IMG/VR virus record: IMGVR_UViG_2974677434_000001
Span: 6,669 to 70,668 of that record
Length of the DNA stretch: 64,000 bases
Reading direction: 5' to 3' (one strand)
DNA from: a virus
Lineage: Duplodnaviria; Caudoviricetes
Below the pieces are notes generated by a model. The model did not search any database, was not told the DNA's origin, and saw only the letters and a list, made by a program, of their open reading frames with translations. This document shows positions 1 through 8,999 of this stretch, one piece after another; position 1 is the stretch's first letter, and the number at the start of each line of letters is the position of its first letter. The position numbers and the translations under genes were made by a program.

Positions 1-398
1 AGGGCCAGGACGACGAGGGCGACGGCGAGGAGGAGCCGGACACCGAGGACGACGCCGACAGCTCCGCCAGCGCGGCGACCAGCGCCCGCGCGGAGTTCCT
101 GGTGGCTCACCGGATGGGCGTCGCCCGCGCGCTCGACCTCGCCGGTAAGCGCCGCCTCAAGGTCAACGACCGCGACCAGAAGGCACGGCTACGGGGCCTG
201 GCCCCGCACGACTACCACCGCGTCATGGGGCCGGTGCGCGCCGCCGAGGTGCCGAAGCTGATCGAGGGCTGGGACGCGGGCCTGGAGGCCGACGTCATGG
301 CTCGCCTGGGCGTCGACACCGACGAGCTGCGCGCGGCTGTCCGGCGCGAGATCGTCGCGCAACTGACGCGCCCGATCATCGACGTGGAGGCTGGCTGA
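1..398 (+). CDS. portal protein C-terminus (partial, runs off left edge)
   Basis: Frame is open from position 3 (acidic GQDDEGDGEEEP...) to TGA 396-398, which overlaps the next ATG (TGATG); sits directly upstream of the MuF/protease gene. Portal identity inferred from position only. Confidence 0.55.
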   Translation, partial: GQDDEGDGEEEPDTEDDADSSASAATSARAEFLVAHRMGVARALDLAGKRRLKVNDRDQKARLRGLAPHDYHRVMGPVRAAEVPKLIEGWDAGLEADVMARLGVDTDELRAAVRREIVAQLTRPIIDVEAG

Positions 399-2932
399 TG
401 TGGCCGGAGCGCGGCGAGGCACTGAGCCGGACGCTGGAGGCCGAGGAGGTACTCGCGGCGCTCTACGCGACCGCGCTCGATACCTGGGTGGTTGACGTTG
501 CGCCGCTGGCGCTGCCGAAGCTGACGGCGGCTGCCGGACTGCCTCCCGATCCTGGGGCGATTCCCGAGCAGGCGGGCGTTTTGGATCGGCTCCTCGATGA
601 GCTGATCCTAACGGGCCTGTCAACCCTCTACGCGCTGGCCCTGGTCGAGGCTGTGGAGGGGATGGAGATCGAGGTCGATTGGCCCGATATTGATCTTGAC
701 GTCGTGCCCTCGATCCCCCAGAAGGTGCTCGACGTGTTCACCGAGCACACCGAACTGACAACGGATGATGTCACCTCGGCGGTCGGCCTGGTCTACACCG
801 ACCCCTTCCTGCGCCAGCAGGCCGAGGACTTCGTGGAGACCCAGCGCGAGCTGGTGCGCTCGACGGCGGCGAAGGTCCAGGGGAAGGTCGAGGCGGCGGC
901 GCGCGACGTCAGCATCGCCGAGGCCCGGCACGCGGCGGAGGACGTCGGCCAGCCCATCATCGAGGTCTACATCGAGCGCCAGCGCGGAGCCGTGGCGGCG
1001 GTGCTGACCCCTGGCAGCGAGGAGCTGGCCGAGGTCGCCGAGCTTCAGTCCTTCCAGGCGGCGGGCGTCCAGAACGCGGCGGTGATCCAGGCGGCGGCGC
1101 TGAGCGAGGACGTGCTCGACAAGACCTGGATCGCCACCCTGGACGGCAAGACCCGCGACAGCCACTTCGCCGCCGACGGTCAGCGCTCACCCTTGGCCGG
1201 TACTTTCACAGTGGGCACGGCTGCGCTGCGCTTCCCCGGCGACCCTGCCGGACCGGCTTCGGAGGTCCGCAATTGTCGGTGTCGCGTCGGCGTGCTCGCG
1301 CCCGACGAGGCCATCCCCGACGAGGTGGACCGGCACACTGAGCGCCTCAACGGGCGCGACAGCGTGGCGGTCAACCGCAAGGGCAGCCAGCGCGACGAGA
1401 TCAACCGCCGCGCAGATCGAGGCGTCGTCCGCGCCCGCGAGGACGAGGACGGCGTAGGCAGAACCGCAGCGGGTGGCTGGACCGCCCCGAGCAGTCAGGA
1501 GTACGACATGCCCAAGAGTCCCGCACAGCTCGCCGCCGAGGCGAAGCAGCGCCAGGAGGCGGCAGCCGCCGCAGCGGTGGCCACCCTGGAGAACGACGGC
1601 GACGGCGAGGAGTCGACGTCGGAGACCTTCCGCGTGTTCAAGGACCAGCCGATCGCCTTCGTGGGCATCGAGACCTCCGACGGTCGGATGCTGGCGAAGG
1701 ACATCGAGCTGAGCTTCCGCAACTTCCCGCTGCCGGTCATGTGGTGCGAGAAGTCGGTCGGTGGTCACTACGAGAGCTACACCGTGGGCGTGGTCGAGGG
1801 CGCGGCGCTCGACGGCGACACGCTGCGCGGCTCCGGCTACTGGCTCAACGACCAGCACGCCGACGACGCCTTCGAGCCTGCCAGCCACAAGGTCAGCCGC
1901 CCCTCGGTCGACCTCGCGGCAACGGAGTGGATTCTGACCGTGGACGGCAAGGAGATCAGCGAGGAGGACTGGTGGGACTTGCCCGAGGACGCGCACGTCG
2001 TCCAGACCATCACGAAGGCCGAGCTGATCGGCTTCACGATGGTTGCAACGCCCGCCTTCGGCGACACGATGATCGAGTTCGCGCCCGAGCGCGAGACCCG
2101 CGACGTCGCCGTGGTGGCCAGCGCCGCCGCTGAGTTCCGGCCCCGCGTCTACCCGGCGGCTGCCTTCAGCGACCCCGGCCTGGCCGGACCTACCGAGATT
2201 CACATGCGCGAGGACGGTCGCATCGTCGGCCACCTCGCTTGCTTCGGGACGTGCCACCGCTCGATCCAGGCCAATTGCGTGATCGCGCCGCGCTCGCCGT
2301 CGAGCTATTCGCAGTTCTTGACCTCGCCGTCGGTCGCCCTCGACAACGGCACCCGCCAGCGTGTCGGTCGCCTGACGGTCGGCACCGGGCACGCGCCCGA
2401 CACGCTGTCCGGCCCCGTGGCGATGGCGCACTACGACAACACCGGGACGTGCTTCGCCCTCGTCAACGTCGGCGAGGACGCCCACGGCATCTGGGTGTCG
2501 GGCGTCGCGGCACCGTGGGCCACCGCCGAGCAGATCGAAATGGGCCTCGCGGCTCCGCTGTCCGGCGACTGGCGCGACTTCGGCCAGGGCCTCGACCTGA
2601 TCGCCGCCCTGGCGGTCAACACGCCCGGCTTCGCCGTGCGCGGTCGTGACGGCGCAGACGGTCGTCCGGCTGCCCTGGTGGCCAGCCTCGGCCCCGCGCC
2701 GACGGGCAAGGGCGGGAAGTCCGGCGCGGCGCTGTCCGCCGAGGACATCGCCTCGATCGTCAGCAAGGCGGTGACCGAGGCGCTCGCCGCCCGCGACACC
2801 GACGCCGAGATCGACGGGCTGCTCGCGCAGGCTGCCGAGAAGGTCGGCCCGCCGGAGCCGCCCGCGCCCGAGCTGACACCCGACGAGGAGATCGACCAGC
2901 TTCTCGCCGACGCGGGTACGGTCGACGCATGA
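398..2932 (+). CDS. MuF-like head morphogenesis protein fused to capsid maturation protease
   Basis: N-half has MuF/SPP1 gp7-type motifs KTWIATLD..TRDSH and PGDP...EVRNCRC; C-half is protease-like by position and acidic helical tail. Confidence 0.8.
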   Translation: MWPERGEALSRTLEAEEVLAALYATALDTWVVDVAPLALPKLTAAAGLPPDPGAIPEQAGVLDRLLDELILTGLSTLYALALVEAVEGMEIEVDWPDIDLDVVPSIPQKVLDVFTEHTELTTDDVTSAVGLVYTDPFLRQQAEDFVETQRELVRSTAAKVQGKVEAAARDVSIAEARHAAEDVGQPIIEVYIERQRGAVAAVLTPGSEELAEVAELQSFQAAGVQNAAVIQAAALSEDVLDKTWIATLDGKTRDSHFAADGQRSPLAGTFTVGTAALRFPGDPAGPASEVRNCRCRVGVLAPDEAIPDEVDRHTERLNGRDSVAVNRKGSQRDEINRRADRGVVRAREDEDGVGRTAAGGWTAPSSQEYDMPKSPAQLAAEAKQRQEAAAAAAVATLENDGDGEESTSETFRVFKDQPIAFVGIETSDGRMLAKDIELSFRNFPLPVMWCEKSVGGHYESYTVGVVEGAALDGDTLRGSGYWLNDQHADDAFEPASHKVSRPSVDLAATEWILTVDGKEISEEDWWDLPEDAHVVQTITKAELIGFTMVATPAFGDTMIEFAPERETRDVAVVASAAAEFRPRVYPAAAFSDPGLAGPTEIHMREDGRIVGHLACFGTCHRSIQANCVIAPRSPSSYSQFLTSPSVALDNGTRQRVGRLTVGTGHAPDTLSGPVAMAHYDNTGTCFALVNVGEDAHGIWVSGVAAPWATAEQIEMGLAAPLSGDWRDFGQGLDLIAALAVNTPGFAVRGRDGADGRPAALVASLGPAPTGKGGKSGAALSAEDIASIVSKAVTEALAARDTDAEIDGLLAQAAEKVGPPEPPAPELTPDEEIDQLLADAGTVDA

Positions 2933-3072
2933 TCATCCTCGGCATCATCCTGCTGATCGTGGGCCTGGTCTGGGTGCGTCCGCTCGCTTACGCGGGCGCG
3001 CTGCTGATCCTGATCGGCGTCGTGCTGGCCATCGCCGCGCACGGCACCCCGACCGGCTACGGCTACTACTGA
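2929..3072 (+). CDS. small 2-TM membrane protein (47 aa), absent from ORF track
   Basis: ATGA overlap with upstream stop and TGATG overlap with downstream start; MIILGIILLIVGLVWVRPLAYAGALLILIGVVLAIAAHGTPTGYGYY. Confidence 0.7.
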   Translation: MIILGIILLIVGLVWVRPLAYAGALLILIGVVLAIAAHGTPTGYGYY

Positions 3073-3371
3073 TGGGCTGCAACTGCGGCGGTGCCCGCGC
3101 CAACGCCCAGCAGGGTGGCGACACCCTCGGCTACCGGGCGATCCTGCCCGGCGGCGAGGTGATCCCGCCCGCGACCGAGCCGCCCTACTTCATGGCGGCG
3201 GAGGCTATGCGGCATGTCTCGATCGCTCGCGGCGGCACGGTCCGGCGCATCCGCCGGGATGATCCTGATGACGCCTACGCGATCGCTCAGCGGGCCGAGA
3301 CCGAGCAGCCGGTCCCGATCGACGTCGAGCCGACGGGCAGCGAAGCGCCCCCGCTCCGCGTCGTGAGTTAA
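3072..3371 (+). CDS. hypothetical protein with N-terminal MGCNCG motif
   Basis: Coupled start (TGATG), GC3-rich codons, followed by terminator. Confidence 0.7.
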   Translation: MGCNCGGARANAQQGGDTLGYRAILPGGEVIPPATEPPYFMAAEAMRHVSIARGGTVRRIRRDDPDDAYAIAQRAETEQPVPIDVEPTGSEAPPLRVVS

Positions 3372-3381
3372 TCCGCGCGCA

Positions 3382-3425
3382 AACGAAAAACCGCCCCAGG
3401 CCAGCAGGTCTGGGGCGGTCTCGTT
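3382..3425 (-). terminator. intrinsic terminator between convergent genes
   Basis: ACCGCCCCAG (3390-3399) pairs with CTGGGGCGGT (3410-3419); A-tract 3386-3390 gives a U-tract on the minus strand. Confidence 0.8.
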
Positions 3426-3432
3426 GGTCGGC

Positions 3433-3657
3433 TCAGATGTCCAGCACCTCCTTGCGGTAGGCGAAGAAGCGGTCGATGGCCGGGTTGCTCAGCGCCATCC
3501 AGGCGGCGTCGAAGGCCGGGTTAACCCGGTCGTACATCGCGGCACCGCGAGCGCGGGTGGCAGCGTCGATGCCGTTGTCGCGCAGCGCGCGGGCGACCGT
3601 GACGTCGGCCTCCAGCTCGATCAGCCGGTCGAAGGTGGCGGTCTCGGTGGCGGTCAT
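3433..3657 (-). CDS. hypothetical early protein (74 aa), leftward insert in head operon
   Basis: ATG 3657 preceded by GAGGAAGGAC SD and a full promoter cassette. Confidence 0.75.
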   Translation of the reverse strand: MTATETATFDRLIELEADVTVARALRDNGIDAATRARGAAMYDRVNPAFDAAWMALSNPAIDRFFAYRKEVLDI

Positions 3658-3727
3658 GGTGTCCTTCCTCGGCGGGTCCATCCCGCCTCACACCGACTAA
3701 GTTACCTGCCGAAGTCGGGGAAGTCAA
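3658..3727 (-). promoter_or_regulatory. early cassette copy 1: promoter + operator + stem-loop + SD
   Basis: TTGACT(3727-3722)-tccccgacttcggcagg-TAACTT(3704-3699), then GGCGGGATGGACCCGCC hairpin and SD. Confidence 0.85.
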
Positions 3728-3745
3728 GCCCGCGCTCGAAGAAGT

Positions 3746-3767
3746 TTGCACACCCGGTCTCTAGTGT
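3746..3767 (+). promoter_or_regulatory. putative late promoter for major capsid gene
   Basis: TTGCAC-N10-TAGTGT, same geometry as 8918 and 32619. Confidence 0.6.
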
Positions 3768-3856
3768 TCGTCAGCAGAGAAGCCCTCGCCCGCGTTGTGT
3801 ACCGGAGTGCCGATCGCCGCAAGATCAACAGCTTGACCCAGACCGAGGAGATTGCA

Positions 3857-5683
3857 GTGAGCCTGCCTTCCGCCCGCCATCGCCGGGTGAACATCCTTGC
3901 TCGCGCCGTCGGCCAGTTCGCGCACCAGATGCCCGAACAGCTTCCGGAGACCGTCGAGGAGCTGGACGCGCTCCTCAACGCGGCGCGAGCCGAGATCAAC
4001 GTCATTGCCGCGCGGCGTGCCAACGGGGAGACCCTGACGGGCGCTGACCGCGATCGGCTCAAGTCCATCCTGGGCGACATCGACACCCTCACCTCGGCCC
4101 GCGCCGAGGCGGCGACCGCAGCTTCGGCTGGCGAGCCTGCCGACGAGGCCGAGCTGGACGCGCTGCTCGCGCAGGCCCAGGGCGGCACCGAGGGCGGCGA
4201 GGGCCAGCCGGAGGGTGAGCCGGAAGGCCAGCCCGAGGGCGAGCCGGAAGGCGGCAACGAGGGCGGCGAAGGCCAGCCCGAGGGCCAGCCCGCCGGACAG
4301 GTCCAGGAGCCGGTCATGGCCGGAGCGCCGTCCAACGGTGCCCGCCCCGTGACCTTCGCCGGAGCCGGAGCTGGCGGCGTACCGCCCGCAGCGGTGGCGA
4401 CGAAGGCCCCCGGCTGGCAGCTCCACCCCGGCGCTCCCGGCTTCAAGGAGGGCATGGGCAAGGTCGGCTTCAAGGAGATCAGCCTGGCCCTGGAGTCGAT
4501 CCGGCCCGGCAGCCGTGCCGCGATCCGGCCCAATCGTCCGAACAAGACGATGGACGGGCAGGAGTTCGCGCGCCAGGTGGTCTCCACCCTGGAGCGCGAG
4601 GTCGAGGTCGTCGGCGACAGCCACGCGCTCGTCGCCGCGATCACCGAGGCCACGAAGTCGCGCAATCTCGCCGAGCCGACCTTCGACAAGCGGGGTAGCC
4701 TCGTCGCCGCTGGCGGCTGGTGCGCCCCGTCGGAGCAGCTCTACGACTTCTGCGACGTGCCGGACGCCACCGATCTGGTCTCGCTCCCCGAGATCACGAT
4801 CAATCGCGGCGGCATCCGCTGGCCCCGCGAGCCTGACCTGTCGGGCATCTTCGAGGACTTCGAGTGGTTCTTCACCGAGCCGGAGCTGGAGGCGACCGAC
4901 GCCGAAGGCAACCCGACCGCGATCAAGACCTGCGTCGAGGTGCCGTGCCCCGAGGACTTCGATGAAATCCGGCTCAACGCGATGGGCTGGTGCGTCGAGG
5001 CGGGCATCCTCCAGGAGCAGGGCTGGCCGGAGCTGGTCGAGTGGTTCATGCGCTCGCTCACCCAGGAGCACATCCGCGCGCTGAGCCGCCGGACGATCCT
5101 CAACATGGTGGCCGGGTCGGGTGCGCCGATCGTCATCCCGCCGACCAGCACGCTGGGAGCCGCGCCGTCGGTCCTCAACACGCTGGCGCTGATGGCGACG
5201 AACATCCGCCTGAAGCGTGGCCTGGCCCGCAACGCCACGATCGAGGGCGTCGCGCCGTCGTGGTTCCACGAAGTCCTCCGCGCCGACCTCGCCATGCGCG
5301 CGGGCGGTATCGAGGTGTTCGCCATCACCGACGCGCAGATCAACAGCGCGCTGGCGGCTCGCAACATCAGCCTCCAGTTCGTCGGCGACTGGCAGACCCG
5401 CGCCGCTGGCCTGCCCGGCAACCTGGCCACCCTGGTGTGGCCGGAGACCGTGGACGTCCTGCTCTACCCGGCGGGTACCTGGTTCCGCTCGATGTCGAAC
5501 GTCATCGAGCTGGGCGTCATGTACCCCAAGGAGCAGCTCCAGGTGAACCGCTTCACGCGGATGTTCACCGAGGACGCCCTCGCGGTCGGCAAGCGCTGCG
5601 GCGAGTCGGTCGTGGTGCGTATCCCGCTCGACGTGTCCGGCGCGACCGGGCAGCCCGTGCGGGCGACCAACGTCACCCCGTAA
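3857..5683 (+). CDS. major capsid (hexamer-type) protein with N-terminal scaffold-like region
   Basis: GAGGAG SD 6 nt before GTG 3857; helical/acidic N-terminus then capsid-like body (GGWCAPSEQLYD, FTRMFTEDALAV); position after protease. Confidence 0.8.
   Translation: MSLPSARHRRVNILARAVGQFAHQMPEQLPETVEELDALLNAARAEINVIAARRANGETLTGADRDRLKSILGDIDTLTSARAEAATAASAGEPADEAELDALLAQAQGGTEGGEGQPEGEPEGQPEGEPEGGNEGGEGQPEGQPAGQVQEPVMAGAPSNGARPVTFAGAGAGGVPPAAVATKAPGWQLHPGAPGFKEGMGKVGFKEISLALESIRPGSRAAIRPNRPNKTMDGQEFARQVVSTLEREVEVVGDSHALVAAITEATKSRNLAEPTFDKRGSLVAAGGWCAPSEQLYDFCDVPDATDLVSLPEITINRGGIRWPREPDLSGIFEDFEWFFTEPELEATDAEGNPTAIKTCVEVPCPEDFDEIRLNAMGWCVEAGILQEQGWPELVEWFMRSLTQEHIRALSRRTILNMVAGSGAPIVIPPTSTLGAAPSVLNTLALMATNIRLKRGLARNATIEGVAPSWFHEVLRADLAMRAGGIEVFAITDAQINSALAARNISLQFVGDWQTRAAGLPGNLATLVWPETVDVLLYPAGTWFRSMSNVIELGVMYPKEQLQVNRFTRMFTEDALAVGKRCGESVVVRIPLDVSGATGQPVRATNVTP
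4199..4291 (+). repeat. 12-nt tandem repeat encoding E-G-(Q/E)-P
   Basis: GA(A/G)GG(C/T)(C/G)AGCC(G/C) units giving EGQPEGEPEGQPEGEPEG...EGQPEGQP. Confidence 0.8.
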
Positions 5684-5703
5684 GGGCGGCGCGTAGCTGA
5701 GCT

Positions 5704-5764
5704 GAAGGCGGGCGACGTGGACCAGATCATCCCGAGACTGTCCGCGTCGTCCGCCTTCGTTCAT
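5704..5764 (+). terminator. long hairpin (attenuator/terminator) between the two capsid genes
   Basis: 19-bp stem 5704-5722/5740-5758 with two G-U pairs, 17-nt loop, weak T-tract GTTCAT. Confidence 0.6.
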
Positions 5765-5787
5765 CCCCGATCGAGGAAGATGGAGAC

Positions 5788-6564
5788 ATGACCGCACCTG
5801 TGCTCGCGCCGTATGTGTTCGACGCTCCGCCGGTAAACCCCGCCCCCAACGGGCTGTTTGCCGCCACCGACTGGCAGCCCGAGGGCGACCAGCGCTGGCT
5901 CAACGGCGTGGAGGTACGCGGGACCAGCTTCGGCGGCAAGAACGCCTTCGGCATCTGGCCCAACGACAACTGCGTCTACGGGAGCACGCCGACGCCAGGC
6001 CAGAAGAAGGAAGGCGACCGGCCCGAGATCATCCCGCCCTTCGACCCGATCGTGGTCTGGGCCTACGACGAGTGCGACCCGACCGACCCGAGCCGCGCCG
6101 AGGTGCGCGCCCGCGCCGCGAACATCCTCCGCCTGGAGGAGCAGACGGCGATCGAGCGCGAGTTTGGCAACCGCCTGCTGGTCGACGCGGGCGTGCTCTG
6201 GACTGATGAAGGCTACGAGGCCCGGCCCACCCTCAAGGAGGCGGTGGCATACCTGGAGGGCCAGCTCAGCACGCTGTCCTACCTCCACATCGCCGCCGAC
6301 CTGCCCGCCCTGGAGGCCGGGCTGTTCACCGGCTCGGGCACCCAGAAGAAGTCGCCCGCCGGTCACACCTGGGTGATCGGGTCCGGCTACGTCGAGGGAC
6401 TCAACAACACGATCGTCGCCACCAGCCAGCCCTACGGCTGGCGCGATGCGCCGACCGTGCGCGAGGCGCTCGACGCCAAGACCAACACCTTCGCCGCAGT
6501 GGCGGAGCGTACCGTCGTCATCGGTTACGAGGCGCTGATCGCCGCCGTGACCATCACACCGTAA
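5788..6564 (+). CDS. second capsid protein (pentamer-type by analogy to cluster B phage Rosebush)
   Basis: GGAGAC SD; 258 aa; directly after MCP; PFDPIVVWAYDEC-type capsid-like motif. Function is synteny-based. Confidence 0.6.
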   Translation: MTAPVLAPYVFDAPPVNPAPNGLFAATDWQPEGDQRWLNGVEVRGTSFGGKNAFGIWPNDNCVYGSTPTPGQKKEGDRPEIIPPFDPIVVWAYDECDPTDPSRAEVRARAANILRLEEQTAIEREFGNRLLVDAGVLWTDEGYEARPTLKEAVAYLEGQLSTLSYLHIAADLPALEAGLFTGSGTQKKSPAGHTWVIGSGYVEGLNNTIVATSQPYGWRDAPTVREALDAKTNTFAAVAERTVVIGYEALIAAVTITP

Positions 6565-6574
6565 GGAGCAGGAC

Positions 6575-7597
6575 ATGCCCGAGGGGATCATCGCCACCGA
6601 CCACGGCGACGGCTTCGTGACGCTGGACTTCGTGGACAAGTCGCTGCGCGGACCGGCGCTGGACGAGCTGGTCAAGCTCGGCGGTGCCGAGACCATCGAG
6701 ACCATCAGCCGCCGAGGTCCGCGCCGCCAGTACAAGGTGCCGCTGGGCAACGCCGTCGAGCTGGGCCTGGTGGACGACGCGGCGGAGCTTGCACCGCGCG
6801 GCGCTGGAGCCAACGAGGACGGCACCGCTCGCGGGGCCTCTGCTGGCGCTGACACGGGCGCAGCGGCGCGGACGAAGGCGTCGGACCCCAACGTCAACAA
6901 GGGCAGCGACCAGGCCGACTGGCACACTCCAGTCGCCGAGCACACCTCGGCCAACGCCTACGTCGGCCAGGTGCCCAACGCCCAGGTCTTGCACGGTCGG
7001 CCCCAGGTATTCACGGGCGACGCCGACAGCTACGGCGGTCGGTCCGCGCCGGAGAATGAGACCCACCGCGAGCTGATCGACCGCGTGAAGGAGGGCAGCT
7101 CGGTGCTCGCCGTCGGCGGCGTCCAGCCCGCGACCGAGGTCGAGCCGCGCGCCCTGACCCCGGTCTCCCAGATCAACGCCAGCCTGAAGTCGCAGACCGG
7201 CGCGCTGGGCGACGACCCCGGCGCTCGGCCCGACGCGGGCGGCGAGGCCCTCGGCGACTACAGCACGCCACAGTCGCAGCGTGTCGAGTCGCCCCAGGAC
7301 GGGCAGACCACCGAGACCCTCGGCCATGTCAGCTCGGTGCCGTCCGGCAGCGAGCGCGTCCAGACCGAGGCCAGCCCCGGCACGACCGAGCCGTCGAGCG
7401 AGCCGGAGCCGACCAACGAGCCGGTCAGCAAGCCGGACACCGAGGACGTCGTGGAGTACCCCGAGGGCGAGCCGACCAAGGAGTGGCGGCGCGACGAGCT
7501 GGACGCCTACGCGCTGAAGGTCAAGGGCCTCGACACGACCAGCCTCGGCAACAAGACCGAGGTACTCGACGCGATCAAGAACGCGCCGAAGGCGTAA
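6575..7597 (+). CDS. hypothetical virion-region protein with low-complexity linker and HeH/LEM-like C-terminus
   Basis: SD AGGAGCAGGAC; C-terminal WRRDELDAYA..KGLDTTSLGNKTEVLDAI. Confidence 0.65.
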   Translation: MPEGIIATDHGDGFVTLDFVDKSLRGPALDELVKLGGAETIETISRRGPRRQYKVPLGNAVELGLVDDAAELAPRGAGANEDGTARGASAGADTGAAARTKASDPNVNKGSDQADWHTPVAEHTSANAYVGQVPNAQVLHGRPQVFTGDADSYGGRSAPENETHRELIDRVKEGSSVLAVGGVQPATEVEPRALTPVSQINASLKSQTGALGDDPGARPDAGGEALGDYSTPQSQRVESPQDGQTTETLGHVSSVPSGSERVQTEASPGTTEPSSEPEPTNEPVSKPDTEDVVEYPEGEPTKEWRRDELDAYALKVKGLDTTSLGNKTEVLDAIKNAPKA

Positions 7598-7622
7598 TGA
7601 CCAGTAATGTCTCGGCAGTAGG

Positions 7623-8087
7623 GTGACGACCGTGAACCGCGAGGATCGACTGGCCCAGGCCGACCGCCTCGCTGCGCGGATGGAGCGCCTGGAGACCTTC
7701 GCGCAGGCTGCGACGGTCCTGCTGGGGCTGATCCCGACGGCGTATGGAGTCCTGACGTGGGTGTACGGCACGGAGCTTTGGAACGACAGCCCGATCTATC
7801 AGACGGCGCTGATGACCCCAGGAGCGCCGCAGAGCTGGGGCGCGGCGATGATCATCGTCGGCGCGCTCGTCGTCACCTCCGGCTGGCGGAGTCACCAGCG
7901 GTGTCTGCTGATCACGACGCTGCTCGCGGCGCGGCTGATGGCGACCTTCATGTCGATGTTCGTGACGGAGTTCATCCAGCACACCGACCGCGAGGGCGCA
8001 GCCGCCCCGGCTATGGTCTACGCGGTTTTGTCGATGCTGTTCCTCGCCCGCGCCCGTCTGGCCTGGGCCTCCTTGAAAGGTGGCTGA
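7623..8087 (+). CDS. multi-pass membrane protein (about 4 TM)
   Basis: Four hydrophobic stretches; TGATG coupling to next gene; start could be GTG 7632. Confidence 0.7.
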   Translation: MTTVNREDRLAQADRLAARMERLETFAQAATVLLGLIPTAYGVLTWVYGTELWNDSPIYQTALMTPGAPQSWGAAMIIVGALVVTSGWRSHQRCLLITTLLAARLMATFMSMFVTEFIQHTDREGAAAPAMVYAVLSMLFLARARLAWASLKGG

Positions 8088-8587
8088 TGGCAGTAAGTCG
8101 CCGGGTGGGGTCATGGTTGGCTCACACCCGTTTCGTACCGACCCCGCTCTACCGGCTGATCTTGACGGCGGGCGTCATCAGCTCGCTGCTCCAGTTCATC
8201 TACGGCGCGCCGGTATCGGTCGCGGCGGTGAGCGACAGCGCGGCCTTCAACTGGGCCTTCGTCGTGGTCCAGTTCGTCGGCGCGGTGCTGGCCCTGACCG
8301 GCCTCTACCTGGTCGAGGGTGAGACCCCGCCGCCCTGGGTGAGCGTCGCTGACGTTGCGCGTGGGCGTGCCGAGATCAACCCCGAGAAGCTCCATCGCTC
8401 GCTCAGCATCGAGCTGCTGGGCCTGATCTTCATCCAGACCGTGATCGCCGTCCAGCTCGCGGCGTCGACCCTCGACCAGGGGCGCATCCCGTCGAGCCTG
8501 GCTATCTGGGCGCTGGCGGTGTTCTGGGCCTGGTCCTTCATCCGCGACCGGGACATCCTGCGCGCCCTGCGGAAGCTGACACGATGA
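8087..8587 (+). CDS. multi-pass membrane protein (about 4 TM)
   Basis: ATG 8087 overlaps upstream TGA; hydrophobic segments. ORF track start 7757 is an upstream extension. Confidence 0.7.
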   Translation: MAVSRRVGSWLAHTRFVPTPLYRLILTAGVISSLLQFIYGAPVSVAAVSDSAAFNWAFVVVQFVGAVLALTGLYLVEGETPPPWVSVADVARGRAEINPEKLHRSLSIELLGLIFIQTVIAVQLAASTLDQGRIPSSLAIWALAVFWAWSFIRDRDILRALRKLTR

Positions 8588-8916
8588 CCGCCGCCCTCGT
8601 CCTTCAGATGATCGGCGGGGCGGGTTTTCTGGCAGGCATCGTAGCAATTCTGCACTTCTTCAACACCCGCAAGTCAACCCGCAGTAAGGGCAGCGCCGAG
8701 GCTTACCAGGCATATCGGACCTTCGTTGCTGGGGCCTTCGAGGACGCCGCCGGAGTGACCAGTCGCGTGACCGCCGACCGCGACAAGCTCGCCGGTATCC
8801 GCGCGACGCTGATCGACCTGGCCCAGGACTTGATCAGCTTCGCCCGGCGCAAGGGCGCGACGCCCGACGAGCTGGAGCCATACCAGGACCGGCTCGACAC
8901 CGCCCGCGACCGCTAG
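8584..8916 (+). CDS. single-TM protein with C-terminal coiled coil
   Basis: ATGA overlap; N-terminal TM GGAGFLAGIVAILHFF then amphipathic helices. Confidence 0.7.
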   Translation: MTAALVLQMIGGAGFLAGIVAILHFFNTRKSTRSKGSAEAYQAYRTFVAGAFEDAAGVTSRVTADRDKLAGIRATLIDLAQDLISFARRKGATPDELEPYQDRLDTARDR

Positions 8917-8917
8917 G

Positions 8918-8939
8918 TTGCACGGTCCTGGCCTAGTGT
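8918..8939 (+). promoter_or_regulatory. putative late promoter for major tail gene
   Basis: TTGCAC-N10-TAGTGT. Confidence 0.6.
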
Positions 8940-8999
8940 CGTGACCAGTCTCGGGAGACTGACCCGGCGCACCGCGCCCGACCCAGGAGGACCGACCAG

